A DNA stretch of 64,000 nucleotides from assembly GCA_977018835.1 (NCBI GenBank), contig OZ361256.1, positions 3,410,001-3,474,000 of the forward strand. Direction: 5' to 3'. Every line of letters begins with the position of its first letter. Positions within the stretch are counted from its first letter, which is position 1. The DNA comes from Minutocellus sp. GHC0000111. Its lineage: Eukaryota. A program made the translations under genes and the position numbers. Below the pieces are notes generated by a model. That model was not told the origin of the DNA. It did not search any database and worked only from the letters and a program-made list of their open reading frames with translations. Shown one piece after another: positions 26,408 to 37,629 of the stretch.

Positions 26408-26698
26408 AATGGCCAAGAATAGGAATTCCTACAAAAATATTTAAAGGACAATGCACGTATCCTCCCCTCTAGTTAGTTAGCCATGCACGCAGCTCGAATG
26501 AAACTTCTTAGATCACCATTATAAATTAGTATACATTTGAAGCAGACAATCCAGAATACTATTATCAATAGATGAGCCCATTTTGCACATTGACCATATA
26601 CATGCGCCATCTACTTCTGGGTGAACCTCTACGAGGTATGCTTCTTTTCTCTGCACAGAAATACTTGTCGTGCGAAAGCAACACAAAAGACATATGCA

Positions 26699-27916
26699 TC
26701 ACTCCTCTTCAGAATTGGAGCCGAAGATCCACGAGGTGAAACTCTCGTCGGCACCACAGCCATCACCAACACTAGTACAAGCTGTCCTATCTGGCGACGC
26801 TGATTTGCTGTACACTATTCCCAAATCACGATTGATCTCGTAGTCCTCGGGTACGTCGTCGGCCTTCCAATCTGAAACGTCGAACGGATGAAGCGCATCC
26901 TGTTCAGCCTTCCGTCGTTTCGCCTCCTTCTTTCGTCGAATCAGAAAAACGAGCGAGAGAAGAAGACCGAGCAGGGCGATGGCACCGCCAATAATGCCCC
27001 CAATGATTGGCGAACTCGGCCATGTAATGCCTCCACCGTCGCTTTTGATGGCGATCTCGTTTCGATCCACAATTACTACATCAACAACGGCGTCAGCCAC
27101 AAAGGCATCTTCGTCAGCTCCAACCGAAATGCGATCGAATATGTCGTTCTCAACAGATTCACTTCCTGCTATTCTCGCAGCATATTCCGTAATTGCCACG
27201 TAGTAGGTCATTTCGCCCGTCATCGGAACGCATTTGAGTGAATCCGAATTGCCACCACTATCCTCTTCCCCCAAAGTAGCAAGAGGAGGATCTGATATAC
27301 ATGTGCCAAACGCAGCATCGATATCATCGATGGGATTGGAAGATAGACCAATGATTCCACCGCCAGCTGGATCGTCACAGGCAAAGCCCAATTGGCCTCC
27401 CAGATATCGAAGCATGTTGGCTTCAACAGTGGCGACGGATTCTTCCTCAGTGTAACCCACCAGCTGCCGCCACCACAAATCGTAGGAGAAGGTAACCAAA
27501 CCTCTTACGATCGTTCCATTTGTTTCCTGGAGGCTCGTCTCAATGTCATTTGTGTTGGTGCAGCCGACAAAGGTCGACTGGAAGTAGGCGGAACAAACGT
27601 TGGGATCCCTGCTGATTTCTCGTGTTTCCTCGCTGTCGCCGTCGCCACCGTCAACTTCCCCGATCAGATGAGTATCAGTGGACACAAACTCCAGACATTC
27701 CTGGGCAACCGATGCATAGTCCTGAAAAGATATGGATTCGAAGTTGTTCTGTTCCTCTCTGATCGTGATGTTGGCTTCACCCGTCGTACTAGTAGTAGTA
27801 GCGTTGGTCGTGTTAAAGAACAAGAGTCGGTGGTGATCGGAAGTTGAGGATGATGCGGATCCCGGCACATTACGCGCCAGCCGGCTTGGGGCCTCGAATC
27901 GCAGCGAGCGAGACAT
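26699..27916 (-). CDS. Hypothetical single-pass membrane protein with an acidic, Cys-containing ectodomain
   Basis: 405-aa ORF; TM 'IIGGIIGGAIALLGLLLSLVFLI' followed by RRKK. The start is uncertain. Confidence 0.65.
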   Translation of the reverse strand: MSRSLRFEAPSRLARNVPGSASSSTSDHHRLLFFNTTNATTTSTTGEANITIREEQNNFESISFQDYASVAQECLEFVSTDTHLIGEVDGGDGDSEETREISRDPNVCSAYFQSTFVGCTNTNDIETSLQETNGTIVRGLVTFSYDLWWRQLVGYTEEESVATVEANMLRYLGGQLGFACDDPAGGGIIGLSSNPIDDIDAAFGTCISDPPLATLGEEDSGGNSDSLKCVPMTGEMTYYVAITEYAARIAGSESVENDIFDRISVGADEDAFVADAVVDVVIVDRNEIAIKSDGGGITWPSSPIIGGIIGGAIALLGLLLSLVFLIRRKKEAKRRKAEQDALHPFDVSDWKADDVPEDYEINRDLGIVYSKSASPDRTACTSVGDGCGADESFTSWIFGSNSEEE

Positions 27917-28272
27917 GGGTGTATTGTATAGGTTTCCCTGTCTCCCGTCGTCCTTTCGCTGGCCCGCACCCTGCTTCCTGATCTGTGTAGGCCTACTATG
28001 TTCGAATGAGATAGTTCAAAAGCTCATGCGTGTCGTGCGTGGCCGTTGAAAAATTTCGAAAGCGAGAGGCGCTTGCTTGCGGCGACCTGGCAGGCTCGCA
28101 CTCCATCTACGACGGACAGACAGTCACGCCAATTTGCAATCAAGCTGCAAAGCCGATACCTACGAGTAGGTACAGGCCACCTGCGGGTACCATCAGTACC
28201 GTATTGTCACCAGCAAGCCAACTCTCATCACAATCAAGTCAAGGACAGGCAATAATAGTACAGGGGTAGTGT

Positions 28273-30347
28273 ATGACGATGGTGATGAACCGCCGAGACC
28301 AGGGCCCTGGCGGCCTCCCTTCTGCTTACAGCACTTGGCGGCGTTTCATCATAATCTCGCTTGGTCTTCTAATCCTCCTGACCAGTCCTCATGTGTGCAA
28401 GGCAGACGTCGCCGATGCCGATGATGCCTCGCTCGAGGAAGAGGAACGCAAGGGAACCATCACTGGCATCGACCTTGGCACCACTTATTCCTGCGTCGGC
28501 GTCTTTCAGCACGGCAAGGTGGAGATCATTGCCAATGATCAGGGCAATCGGATCACTCCCTCGTTATGTTGCCTTTGCACCCTCTGATGATGATGGCGGC
28601 GACTACACTCGTCTCATCGGTGATGCCGCCAAGAACCAGGCCGCCATCAACCCCGCCAACACCGTCTTCGACGTCAAGCGTCTCATCGGTCGCAACTTCT
28701 CCGACAAGTCGGTCCAGTCCGACAAGAAGCTCATGCCGTATGAAATTGCCAACGTGGATGATCGGCCGTACGTGGTGATTCAACCCACCAGCAGCGGCGG
28801 GAAGAGGATGCAGTTTGCGCCGGGGGAGATCTCAGCCATGGTCCTGTCCAAGCTCAAGGCTGACGCTGAGCGGTATTTGGGCAAGTCGATCGATCGGGCC
28901 GTGGTTACGGTGCCCGCCTACTTCAACGATGCTCAGCGTCATTCGACGAGAGATGCCGGCGTCATTGCTGGATTGCATGTCGAGCGGATAATCAATGAGC
29001 CGACCGCCGCTGCGATTGCCTACGGCATGGACGAAGCCAACGATACCGGTGGCGAGCAGAATGTGCTTGTTTTCGACTTGGGAGGTGGTACCTTCGATGT
29101 TACCCTCCTTACCATCGATCAGGGTGTGTTCGAGGTATTGGCCACGAACGGCGACACCCACTTGGGCGGATCAGACTTTGATCAATCGGTCATGAACTAC
29201 TTCCTCGGCACGATCAAGCAAAAATCCAAGAAGGACATTGGCAATGATAAGCGGGCGCTGCAGAAATTGCGCAAGGAAGTGGAACGCGTCAAAAGAGCCC
29301 TGTCTTCACAATTATCAGCGCGCTTGGATATTGAAGATTTGGTCCCAGGATACGACTTCAGTGAGTCTCTTACTCGGGCCAAATTCGAGGAGCTAAACGC
29401 CGACCTGTTCCGCAAGACGCTCAAGCCAGTCCAACGGGTAATGGAAGATGCAGAGGTTGAGATTGACGAGATCGATGAGATTATTCTGGTCGGTGGTTCT
29501 ACGCGTATTCCCAAGGTTCAGGAAATTCTTTGATGGTAAGGAGCCCAACAAAGGTGTAAATCCAGATGAGGCTGTGGCCCACGGCGCTGCCATTCAGGGC
29601 AGTATCCTTTCTGGCGAGGGCGGAGAGCACGTCAAAGACGTGATGTTGCTCGACGTTACGCCGCTAAGCCTCGGCACAGAGACGACGGGCGGAGTCATGA
29701 CAGTGCTCGTCAAGCGTGGAACGACGATCCCCACACAAAGTTCCATGGAATTTCATACCATGGAAGACAACCAAACGAAAATGACCATTGACGTTTACGA
29801 AGGTGAGAGATCACTGACCAAGGACAATCATCTACTCGGCTTGTTCGACATGACAGATCTCCCCCCAGCGCCTCGAGGTCAGATAAATGTTCGCGTGACC
29901 TTCAAGATCGACGTAAACGGTCTATTTGAAGTTACTGCGGTAAATCTGGCCACAAAGAGCACAAAGAAAATCACAATAACTCCGGAAGATGGCAGGCTGA
30001 GTGAAGCCGAAATCGACGCAATGGTGAAGGATGCTGAGCGATTTGCCGAGGAGGATAAGCGCGAAGCAGGCAGGATAGATGCTCGAAACAACCTTGAATC
30101 TCATCTTTATCGGATCTCCAACACTCTATCTGACAATGAGGACCGCATAGAGGATAAGTCTGATTTGAAGACCCTGATGGACAGCATCGATGAAACCTTG
30201 GAGTGGCTCGATCGAAACCAAGACGCGGAGGAGACCGAGTTTGCTGACAAATATGCCGAGATCGATTCCCTATCGAAACCATTGCTCCAAAGCTTGTATT
30301 CTGCGCGAGGGGCCGAGGAAGATGTTGGGTTTGATGATGAATTGTAA
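28273..30347 (+). pseudogene. BiP: ER luminal Hsp70 (BiP) with two frameshifts (~28564 and ~29525)
   Basis: Signal peptide, [67 protein letters not shown]-terminal DDEL; spread over three frames with no room for introns. Confidence 0.85.
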
Positions 30348-30767
30348 GAATATTTAGATCTGGCTTATTTAGCTGGCACAATGTACCTCTAGGTAGGGAT
30401 CCCTACAAGTCTACGTCAACTCCACTGTCTACAGACACGTGTCGAACTATCATGCCAATTTGAACCGCGGCATTGCGAGAACGGTGAGGACATAATCATA
30501 GGTCAGAAAGACAGATTTATAAAACTTGCAATGCACATACAATGGAACCGAAATTTACATAAGGAGTTTTATAGGGGCACAGGCATGAATTAGCCATGCC
30601 TACTGTATCTAGCTAAAGACAGGCAAAAATTTAAATCCATTCTTGGGAACAAAATTTCATTCGTCCATGCTTCGTACTTACCTCAAGCTATCAGAGCATA
30701 GGGCCCTAGGGATCCCTATATCAAATCACAGCATAAGCATTGGGCCACAAATACACCGAAAAGTAAG

Positions 30768-32009
30768 ATGCGCTTTCCCACCCTCTCCAGCATCCGCTCT
30801 AATGACTCAACTGTGCGGCAGTATGATAGTTTCGGTGACGAAGATGATGAGAGCCTCCCTCCCCCACCACCTCCACTATCAACGCCACCATCGCCCCAAG
30901 CCGATCCGTCAAGCCAAGCTCAGTGGTCACCGGACGATGTGTCAGCAATGACAGTCCCATCAGGACTTGGAACAATGTCAAATGTCGAGGCTCTTGAGAC
31001 CAATAACCGCACTCCATCGAAAGAAAGCCAAGGCGAACAATATGTCGATGGGTTCCCGCCAAGTACATCGGCAGCCGTCGAATTGGAACTTGCCATATAT
31101 GAACGGCTCGAAAAGGCGCGAAAGGTGGAGAACGACCTAGCCAGAGACGAACAGAATCGTAAAGAATCGCGCAAACGAGGACTTTGTATTATTGCTGTTC
31201 TACTTCTTGCTGTTTTGGCTCTCTCGGTCGGACTTGCTCAAGGTTTAAATCAACGTACAGTTGACGAGGAAAACAATAATAGTATTGAGAGCACACCGAG
31301 CGAACAATCTCCCACCAATGACACGAAAGGCACTCCCATTGACTCTTTTGTGGTAGAGACTGATGGGCCTTTCATCCGTGACGACCTCAGTATTATGCTG
31401 GTTGGCTTGACCTCTCCGAGCCTGTCATCAAATGCCACGCATGTCCTCGAGCAAGATTATTGTGCATTCTTTTCGGACTACTACAATAATCCGCGTGAAA
31501 GAGACTGGCTCAGGTCGAATGTGGATATCGCCGAGTGTTCAGTCGAAGCCCTTGAGACCAACCATAGAAGACTGAATGAGGACTCGAGTGCGAGCGGTCT
31601 CATCGTCGAGTTGAATCAGACCTTGACACTCGAATATCCAAACGCAGCCAATTTCACTTACATCAAAGCGTCCATGGACTATGTTGTCTCAGCGCCCTTT
31701 AAGGATGAGATGGCCGTTGCCTCATTGGCCGAGAAGCTCAAAAATAAGAAAGAGACAGATGAATTCTCTGATCTGAAAGACATTCGTTTCGCACCAGAAC
31801 CGGTTCCAGCAGACAGCCAAGCTCCCGTGTCGATGCCGCCCGAAGATATTGTGCCAGTACCTACCACAGAACCTTCAAAGGCGCCGTTTAAAGTTCCGAC
31901 CACGCTCAGCCCTACTGAAAACCCAACGGCGCAACCAACCAACCTGCCACGGAAGGAAGAAAAGGGCAAGGATAAAGATAAGAAGAAGAATACCAAGGGC
32001 AAGGTTTGA
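30768..32009 (+). CDS. Hypothetical type II membrane protein with a Pro/Thr-rich, Lys-rich C-terminus
   Basis: 413-aa ORF, one TM segment 'GLCIIAVLLLAVLALSVGLA'. Confidence 0.65.
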   Translation: MRFPTLSSIRSNDSTVRQYDSFGDEDDESLPPPPPPLSTPPSPQADPSSQAQWSPDDVSAMTVPSGLGTMSNVEALETNNRTPSKESQGEQYVDGFPPSTSAAVELELAIYERLEKARKVENDLARDEQNRKESRKRGLCIIAVLLLAVLALSVGLAQGLNQRTVDEENNNSIESTPSEQSPTNDTKGTPIDSFVVETDGPFIRDDLSIMLVGLTSPSLSSNATHVLEQDYCAFFSDYYNNPRERDWLRSNVDIAECSVEALETNHRRLNEDSSASGLIVELNQTLTLEYPNAANFTYIKASMDYVVSAPFKDEMAVASLAEKLKNKKETDEFSDLKDIRFAPEPVPADSQAPVSMPPEDIVPVPTTEPSKAPFKVPTTLSPTENPTAQPTNLPRKEEKGKDKDKKKNTKGKV

Positions 32010-32138
32010 CCTCATTTGAAGTGGAACGGCGTGCAAAGCAACATGCCCTACTAAAAGAGTATGAATAACTTGCCAATAAATTATATTTAAAACGCATTTT
32101 CTTACCACGTTGACCATTCAAAGCTCGTACGTCCTGGG

Positions 32139-33488
32139 CTACCTCTCTAAGAAGTCAATAACCTCATGGAAGACTGCCTCGAAGCTATCATTATCTGCAT
32201 GAAAATGATGCGACCCTGGAAGAGTCTTGAAATGCGCCGGTTTCAACAAATTGGATACACTTTCACGCTCTCTCGATCCAAAGGGCCAGCCATCTTCTGC
32301 CATAATCAAACAAACGGGACACTCGACGCTGCTATATATGGCATCAACTTGCTCTCGAGTAAAGTATTGCAAGGACGGCCACTGCAATCTAGGATCGTGG
32401 CGGAAACAGACCGATTCGTCGGTGAAGCCTTGAACATTCTCTCCGGTTGCTCTTGCCGCCGATAGGGCCATTTGGGCCGCAGGAGTTGAAATATACGGCA
32501 CTACCGCCCTCTTCACCATGGCCGTGGCGGCCTCCTCGGATAGATACTGCTTTCCCGGCGCCAATCGGGCTGTCGCCATTCTCACTTTGACAGCATCGTC
32601 AATTCCTGGGTAAACTCTGATGCCTTTGGCCTTTGAACCTGCCTTGCTACTAGAGCCATCATCATCGCCACCACCGAGGTCAGACACTGAATCGCCAACT
32701 CCTCCCTTCCCATGATCGCCATAGATTGCTCGATTGCCCCTCCTCCGACGATCAATAGCATTGCGAATGTGCTTGCTGGTATCCTCGCACCGTCGAGCTA
32801 TGGGACCAGCTCTCTCCAGTAAGATGATGGAATCGACCAGATCCGAGAATGAGGCTGCAAATGTTGTGGATATACCAGCGCCCATGGAATGTCCAATGAG
32901 AATGATTTGATCATCATTACTGGGACTTGTTGCTGCCGAAGATGACGATGAGGACGTCCACCCGATCTCATCGAGAAACTCGGATACATAGTAGCAATAC
33001 TCTGACAACAATTGCGGCGGGCCGTCCTTGCCCTTGTGAGAGCTCAGACCATGCCCAGGTAGGTCGAGGGCAACAATCTCCGTCTCGATTGAGTCAGCCG
33101 TGGATTGGTCCTGAAGACGAGACGCCAATCTCGGAGCAAGGAGGTGAAAGGAGGCACTGTTATCGAGCCAGCCGTGCAAGCACAATACTTTCCTCCTGGG
33201 ACGGCCACTACCGTTTGCATTGGAATCGCCCGTGCACGTAGAACCTGGCGATGATTCCCAGCACTGGGCAGATAGCGTGATGCCGTCGGAGCAGGTGACG
33301 GTCCGTTCGACACATGTTGGAGTGGCGGGAGCAGCGGCAGCACTTGCAGTATTGGAAGACGACATCCTCAGGGGTAAGCACGAGGAGGACAAGCGAAAGC
33401 AAAGCGATGAGCTTCGATTGATAGGCCTACTTCTCGCTGATGTAAAGGCAAGTACGGCGTTGGAGGCGAGGCGGTGGTACCTCATCAT
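32139..33488 (-). CDS. Alpha/beta hydrolase, serine hydrolase-like (SERHL-type)
   Basis: LCLHGWLDNSASF, ALDLPGHGLSSH, nucleophile GHSMG, FRHDPRL, GSHHFH. Confidence 0.9.
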   Translation of the reverse strand: MMRYHRLASNAVLAFTSARSRPINRSSSLCFRLSSSCLPLRMSSSNTASAAAAPATPTCVERTVTCSDGITLSAQCWESSPGSTCTGDSNANGSGRPRRKVLCLHGWLDNSASFHLLAPRLASRLQDQSTADSIETEIVALDLPGHGLSSHKGKDGPPQLLSEYCYYVSEFLDEIGWTSSSSSSAATSPSNDDQIILIGHSMGAGISTTFAASFSDLVDSIILLERAGPIARRCEDTSKHIRNAIDRRRRGNRAIYGDHGKGGVGDSVSDLGGGDDDGSSSKAGSKAKGIRVYPGIDDAVKVRMATARLAPGKQYLSEEAATAMVKRAVVPYISTPAAQMALSAARATGENVQGFTDESVCFRHDPRLQWPSLQYFTREQVDAIYSSVECPVCLIMAEDGWPFGSRERESVSNLLKPAHFKTLPGSHHFHADNDSFEAVFHEVIDFLER

Positions 33489-33762
33489 CTCACATAGGAA
33501 TTCCTACTGATGAAGTAAAAGTGGGCCGCAGTAGCAGTGCAGCCAGATCGAAGTGAGAGAAAATGGGAAATGAGGAGACAAGCCTGCCGAGCTCTTTTTG
33601 ATTTGATTTGAGATTTTTAGAATGGCAAATTCACCGGTTTTGACTAACCGCTGCTGCGAAGATGGCCCGGCGCAACCAGATGCCGAAGGCATTTTTCCCT
33701 GGGCGGGTTGAAGGCGAACTCGGCATTCCGATTGGGGATGCCATAATAACAAATATATTGGT

Positions 33763-35823
33763 ATGATGTCGATGGGACCTGCCGCCCCATCGCGCTTGGC
33801 CATAATGGCCACCATCGTGATATCTTGCTCCTCTTTGTTGTGGTCTGGCACATCATCTTGCAGCAACTTTGCCGCCCAAGCCTTCATTCCTCCGGTTGGA
33901 CCAATCTCTGGGAGGATCGTGTTCTCGTCCGATGCTTTCCTGGTAATGCGATCATCCAATGACGAAACTGGCGAGCGCACTACTGCGAAGCATCCACCGC
34001 CGCTTGCCTTTTTGGACGATCGGTACGCTGATCTGTTCCGAGTAAAGAAGGAACCCACCAGCGTCTGGAGCGCATTCCTTGGGCGGTTGCACAACAGGCA
34101 CAAACCTGCGGCGAAGTCGGCCGACATCAAGCACAAGCACGACCAGGTCAATCCTTCGCACTTATCTTCGCGATCACGATCACCTCCCATCCTCAAGCTC
34201 GATCCTGAAACAGGACGGTACGTGGTACAGAAACCAACGACAGTGTCATCAGCATCGGCGTCAGCATCTTCAACACATGATGTGTCGTCGAACTCCACGC
34301 TCGCACAAGTTGGCACCGAGCTAGAGGATGAGGCGAGTATATCCTCCGAATCGCTGGCAACAGCAGCAGCGTCCACCGAGCTGAAGAATAATACTCAAGA
34401 GATTGTGATAGCTCACTCTTTCAACCCAAAAGAGGATGATGCGGCAGATGACGCCATCACCTCTGTCGCTGATTACTGTAGCACCACATCATCCTCCGCC
34501 CCGCCCTCGACCAGCCATCAAGAGGGTGCCAGCCCCGAAAGCTCATCGTCCCAACCTTCATCATCCATTGCACTGCGCAACAACGCTACTGATGGCCACC
34601 TTAGCAAAAAGCAAGAAAGTAAAGGAGAATCACAAGAGCACCAGATCACCACCGACCACCTGGATGATGTGGCTGGCAAGGCCTTTGCCGGCGAAAATTC
34701 GACCGACGATGATGGTCACATTGGCACAGCTACTGTGGATATGGCTAGCTTGGCCAGAAGTGATGACAAGAACAGCAACAATGCATGTCCCAGCGATGAC
34801 ACAACCAAGGTAGAGAGTGATACTGGCCACCAGAAATTGGGCATTGCGGCTCAAGATCTGGTACACCCCGATAACGAGGATGATACCAGCAACCTTCCTA
34901 ATGCTCCATCAGTTGTCGATAACGACGACAAATCACCGGAAGATACCAAGATACCTATCGCAACCCTCGCTCCTACCGCAGACACCGATGACAGCAGGGG
35001 AAATCTATCCACCGATTGTGCCGTTACCAAGGATTCCGCTGCATCACCAACTCAAGAGGAAGATATTCCTCAGCTGGCTGTAACTTTTTCGCTGGAAGAG
35101 CAGCACCCTACCACACTCTCCGAACAGGGTGTTCGGGTAGTCAAGTCCGCAGCCGAGGCTGCTACCAAAATTGCCTTCTTCGTTGGCAAAGCAGCCCTAA
35201 CTCTAGCTGTCGCAGTTGCCAAGGCTGCTCTTGCCCTGGACGAGGAGAGGAACATCGCTGATCCTGCCCCCAGAATTGACGTCGACGAGCTCGACCGAGA
35301 CGCCACAGAGGCCCTCAAGATGGCAGAAAATGCCCTGTCTCGCTCTTCTAATAAAGTGAGCAACAATGCTTTGTTCGGATCTCAGCAAAGCAGCGGAAGA
35401 GAAGCAAAGAGGGCGAGGGATTTCTTCTTTGGTCTATTTGGCTGGTTGAATATTGCCAAATTGGGCGAAATGGCATCTCCGTCGGGTCAGGCTTCTGCGC
35501 CTACCTCTACCACATTCATTACGCCACATCCACCTTCACCTCCTTCTACGCTCGAAGCACTGCAATCACTGGAAGCCAGTCTCTCGAAGGAAATTTCAGC
35601 TTCCGTCGATGATGCTCCCTCAAGGGATCAATTACATCGAGACGAGCAGAAAGAGGAGGAAACCAAACCCATAATGGAGATCGAGATATCTGAAAAGGCC
35701 CGCAAACGGCAAATTACGTCCATCGAGATCAGCTCCGCAATCAAGAAGGCGCGAGATGCTGCCGCCAAAGCATCTCGCGAGGCAGAAGAGCTCGAGACTA
35801 TGCTTTTGGGCCTGGGAAAGTGA
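33763..35823 (+). CDS. Hypothetical low-complexity protein with a possible bipartite plastid-targeting sequence
   Basis: 686-aa ORF; hydrophobic signal then 'AQAFIPP'; helical C-terminus. Confidence 0.6.
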   Translation: MMSMGPAAPSRLAIMATIVISCSSLLWSGTSSCSNFAAQAFIPPVGPISGRIVFSSDAFLVMRSSNDETGERTTAKHPPPLAFLDDRYADLFRVKKEPTSVWSAFLGRLHNRHKPAAKSADIKHKHDQVNPSHLSSRSRSPPILKLDPETGRYVVQKPTTVSSASASASSTHDVSSNSTLAQVGTELEDEASISSESLATAAASTELKNNTQEIVIAHSFNPKEDDAADDAITSVADYCSTTSSSAPPSTSHQEGASPESSSSQPSSSIALRNNATDGHLSKKQESKGESQEHQITTDHLDDVAGKAFAGENSTDDDGHIGTATVDMASLARSDDKNSNNACPSDDTTKVESDTGHQKLGIAAQDLVHPDNEDDTSNLPNAPSVVDNDDKSPEDTKIPIATLAPTADTDDSRGNLSTDCAVTKDSAASPTQEEDIPQLAVTFSLEEQHPTTLSEQGVRVVKSAAEAATKIAFFVGKAALTLAVAVAKAALALDEERNIADPAPRIDVDELDRDATEALKMAENALSRSSNKVSNNALFGSQQSSGREAKRARDFFFGLFGWLNIAKLGEMASPSGQASAPTSTTFITPHPPSPPSTLEALQSLEASLSKEISASVDDAPSRDQLHRDEQKEEETKPIMEIEISEKARKRQITSIEISSAIKKARDAAAKASREAEELETMLLGLGK

Positions 35824-36124
35824 GGCCTGTCATCCAAGTCGTTCGACACATATTAATAACGAAAACGAAGAAGCAACGATCCATCAACGTCATCTCCAAT
35901 GGGTTTTCTGGGCAGAGGCAAAGGCATCGAGAGCTGCTTACAAAGAATTCACAAGACACTTCAAAACAACCATATTTCAGCTACCTGTTACGAGATAGAA
36001 TACAAGGAAATATTCCACACATTATGCATACATTCGGCACACCATCATTTCAATTATTATTTATAAATGTATAAAAATTATAATGTTAGGACTCTAACGA
36101 TTATCATTATCTTATTTTCCCTTG

Positions 36125-37072
36125 TTATACACGAGGCCTGAAGGAATGGTGCTGGAGGATCGTTACATCGCGGAAACCCTTATCAGGACGAGTAGTATCG
36201 ACGACAGAGACGTTGGTGTCGTCCACTGGAGCCCACGCTCTCCTCGCTACATCCATTCTACTAACAGCGATGGCACCATGGACACCAAAGTGATCAATTC
36301 CATGGTTCGCTCGGTACGCAATGGCTGCGTCACTGAATATCGTCGCGAAGCATTCGAGAACGGCAGTGGTGACGTCTTCAATACCCCTGACATCAACAAC
36401 CGATGCCTGACGCCCCGCAAAGGCAGAGTCAGGCCATACATCAGATGGCGCAGCACGGATCTGAACTGAAGGGTACTGGCTCTCGGCTGAGCACGCATCC
36501 TTGCATAGCTCCAAGTATGCCTTGTGAATATCGCCCTCTACTTCCGTAGGCAGCCCTGCATTGAGAATGAGCTCTCGAGCATGGGAGCCAATCTCGGCCA
36601 GCTCCTCTGCATCAGTGGCTGCTCGAGGGATTTGTGGTTGGAATGAGAAAACAGCAAGGTTTAGAATAAAGATCCTGCAATGTATCCTAATCATATGCAG
36701 CGCGGATATATGATCTGTTGGTATGTGGGAATGCCTGAAATAAAGAGCCTTTGCCAAACATCCAGCGAAAGATCTGTAGCACTCACTGTCCAAATCATGA
36801 TTAAAAAGAATTCCGATGCGCTTTCGAAGTTCGAATCGGTCAAGAAGAGCATTGAAAGCACTCGGACTGACGAGAAATCCTGTATCGACGCTGCAGCTGA
36901 TGTAGTTGGAATCAGAACCTGTGGCCGATGAAAGGGGCGATGATACCATATGCCGATGAAGATTCGCCGCAGAAGTAGATCTTTTTGGGGAAGGGACGGG
37001 AAGAAGAACAAAAGATTCCGAAACGCCGAGGATAAACGGCAGAAAAGGGGAAAAATGCCTAAAATTTCTCAT
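36125..37072 (-). CDS. Stand-alone, divergent PEP synthase/PPDK N-terminal (nucleotide-binding) domain protein, probably plastid-targeted; intron 36786-36622
   Basis: 'GFLVSPSAF', 'ARELILNAGLPTEVEGDI..AY', 'DSAFAGRQ..VRGIEDVTTAVLECFATIFSDAAIAYR..GIDH..AIAVSRM'; signal peptide plus ESF; 165-nt GT-AG intron. Confidence 0.7.
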   Translation of the reverse strand: MRNFRHFSPFLPFILGVSESFVLLPVPSPKRSTSAANLHRHMVSSPLSSATGSDSNYISCSVDTGFLVSPSAFNALLDRFELRKRIGILFNHDLDSECYRSFAGCLAKALYFRHSHIPTDHISALHMIRIHCRIFILNLAVFSFQPQIPRAATDAEELAEIGSHARELILNAGLPTEVEGDIHKAYLELCKDACSAESQYPSVQIRAAPSDVWPDSAFAGRQASVVDVRGIEDVTTAVLECFATIFSDAAIAYRANHGIDHFGVHGAIAVSRMDVARRAWAPVDDTNVSVVDTTRPDKGFRDVTILQHHSFRPRV

Positions 37073-37629
37073 TTTGTGCAAAGATTGTTTATTTAGTTTG
37101 TGCGTGGATGACTTTCAATTGAATGAACAGGGCAATGAGCTCTGAGCGCTGAGCGAGAGACGGCCAATGATTTTGTTGATTGGGTTCCGATCTTGTGCGG
37201 CATTTTAGCGGTGGCAAAGTGGCAAATCGGTGAAATTTCAATTATCGCGTCTGACCGTCACCATGTCTTTGTGGTGGTCAGTCAAAGGGTTGAAGCGGCA
37301 CAAGAGTTTTGATCCCGGAAGCAGCCGCTGATGACTTGAAGTCGAAGTTTGCTTTTGGAGGTCTTGGTTGTTATTGGCGGGAAAGAAGACCGCGCCAAAT
37401 CATCTCGACCAGTGGTCATCTAAGCCCTCGATCTCACTACAGATCTATTCCCTGTCATACCAGGATAGCAACGTCTATTCATGGCCAAACCAGGTCGTTT
37501 TCTCGCAGACTTGGCTTGTCGCGCCTACAAGTGAATTCTGTTGTCAGCGAAGCTCCGAGTCAAGTCAGTGCGTCAATCTTATTCTTGCGTTCGAGGGACA
37601 CGATCGTATCACCAATTTCCTTTCTCAAC

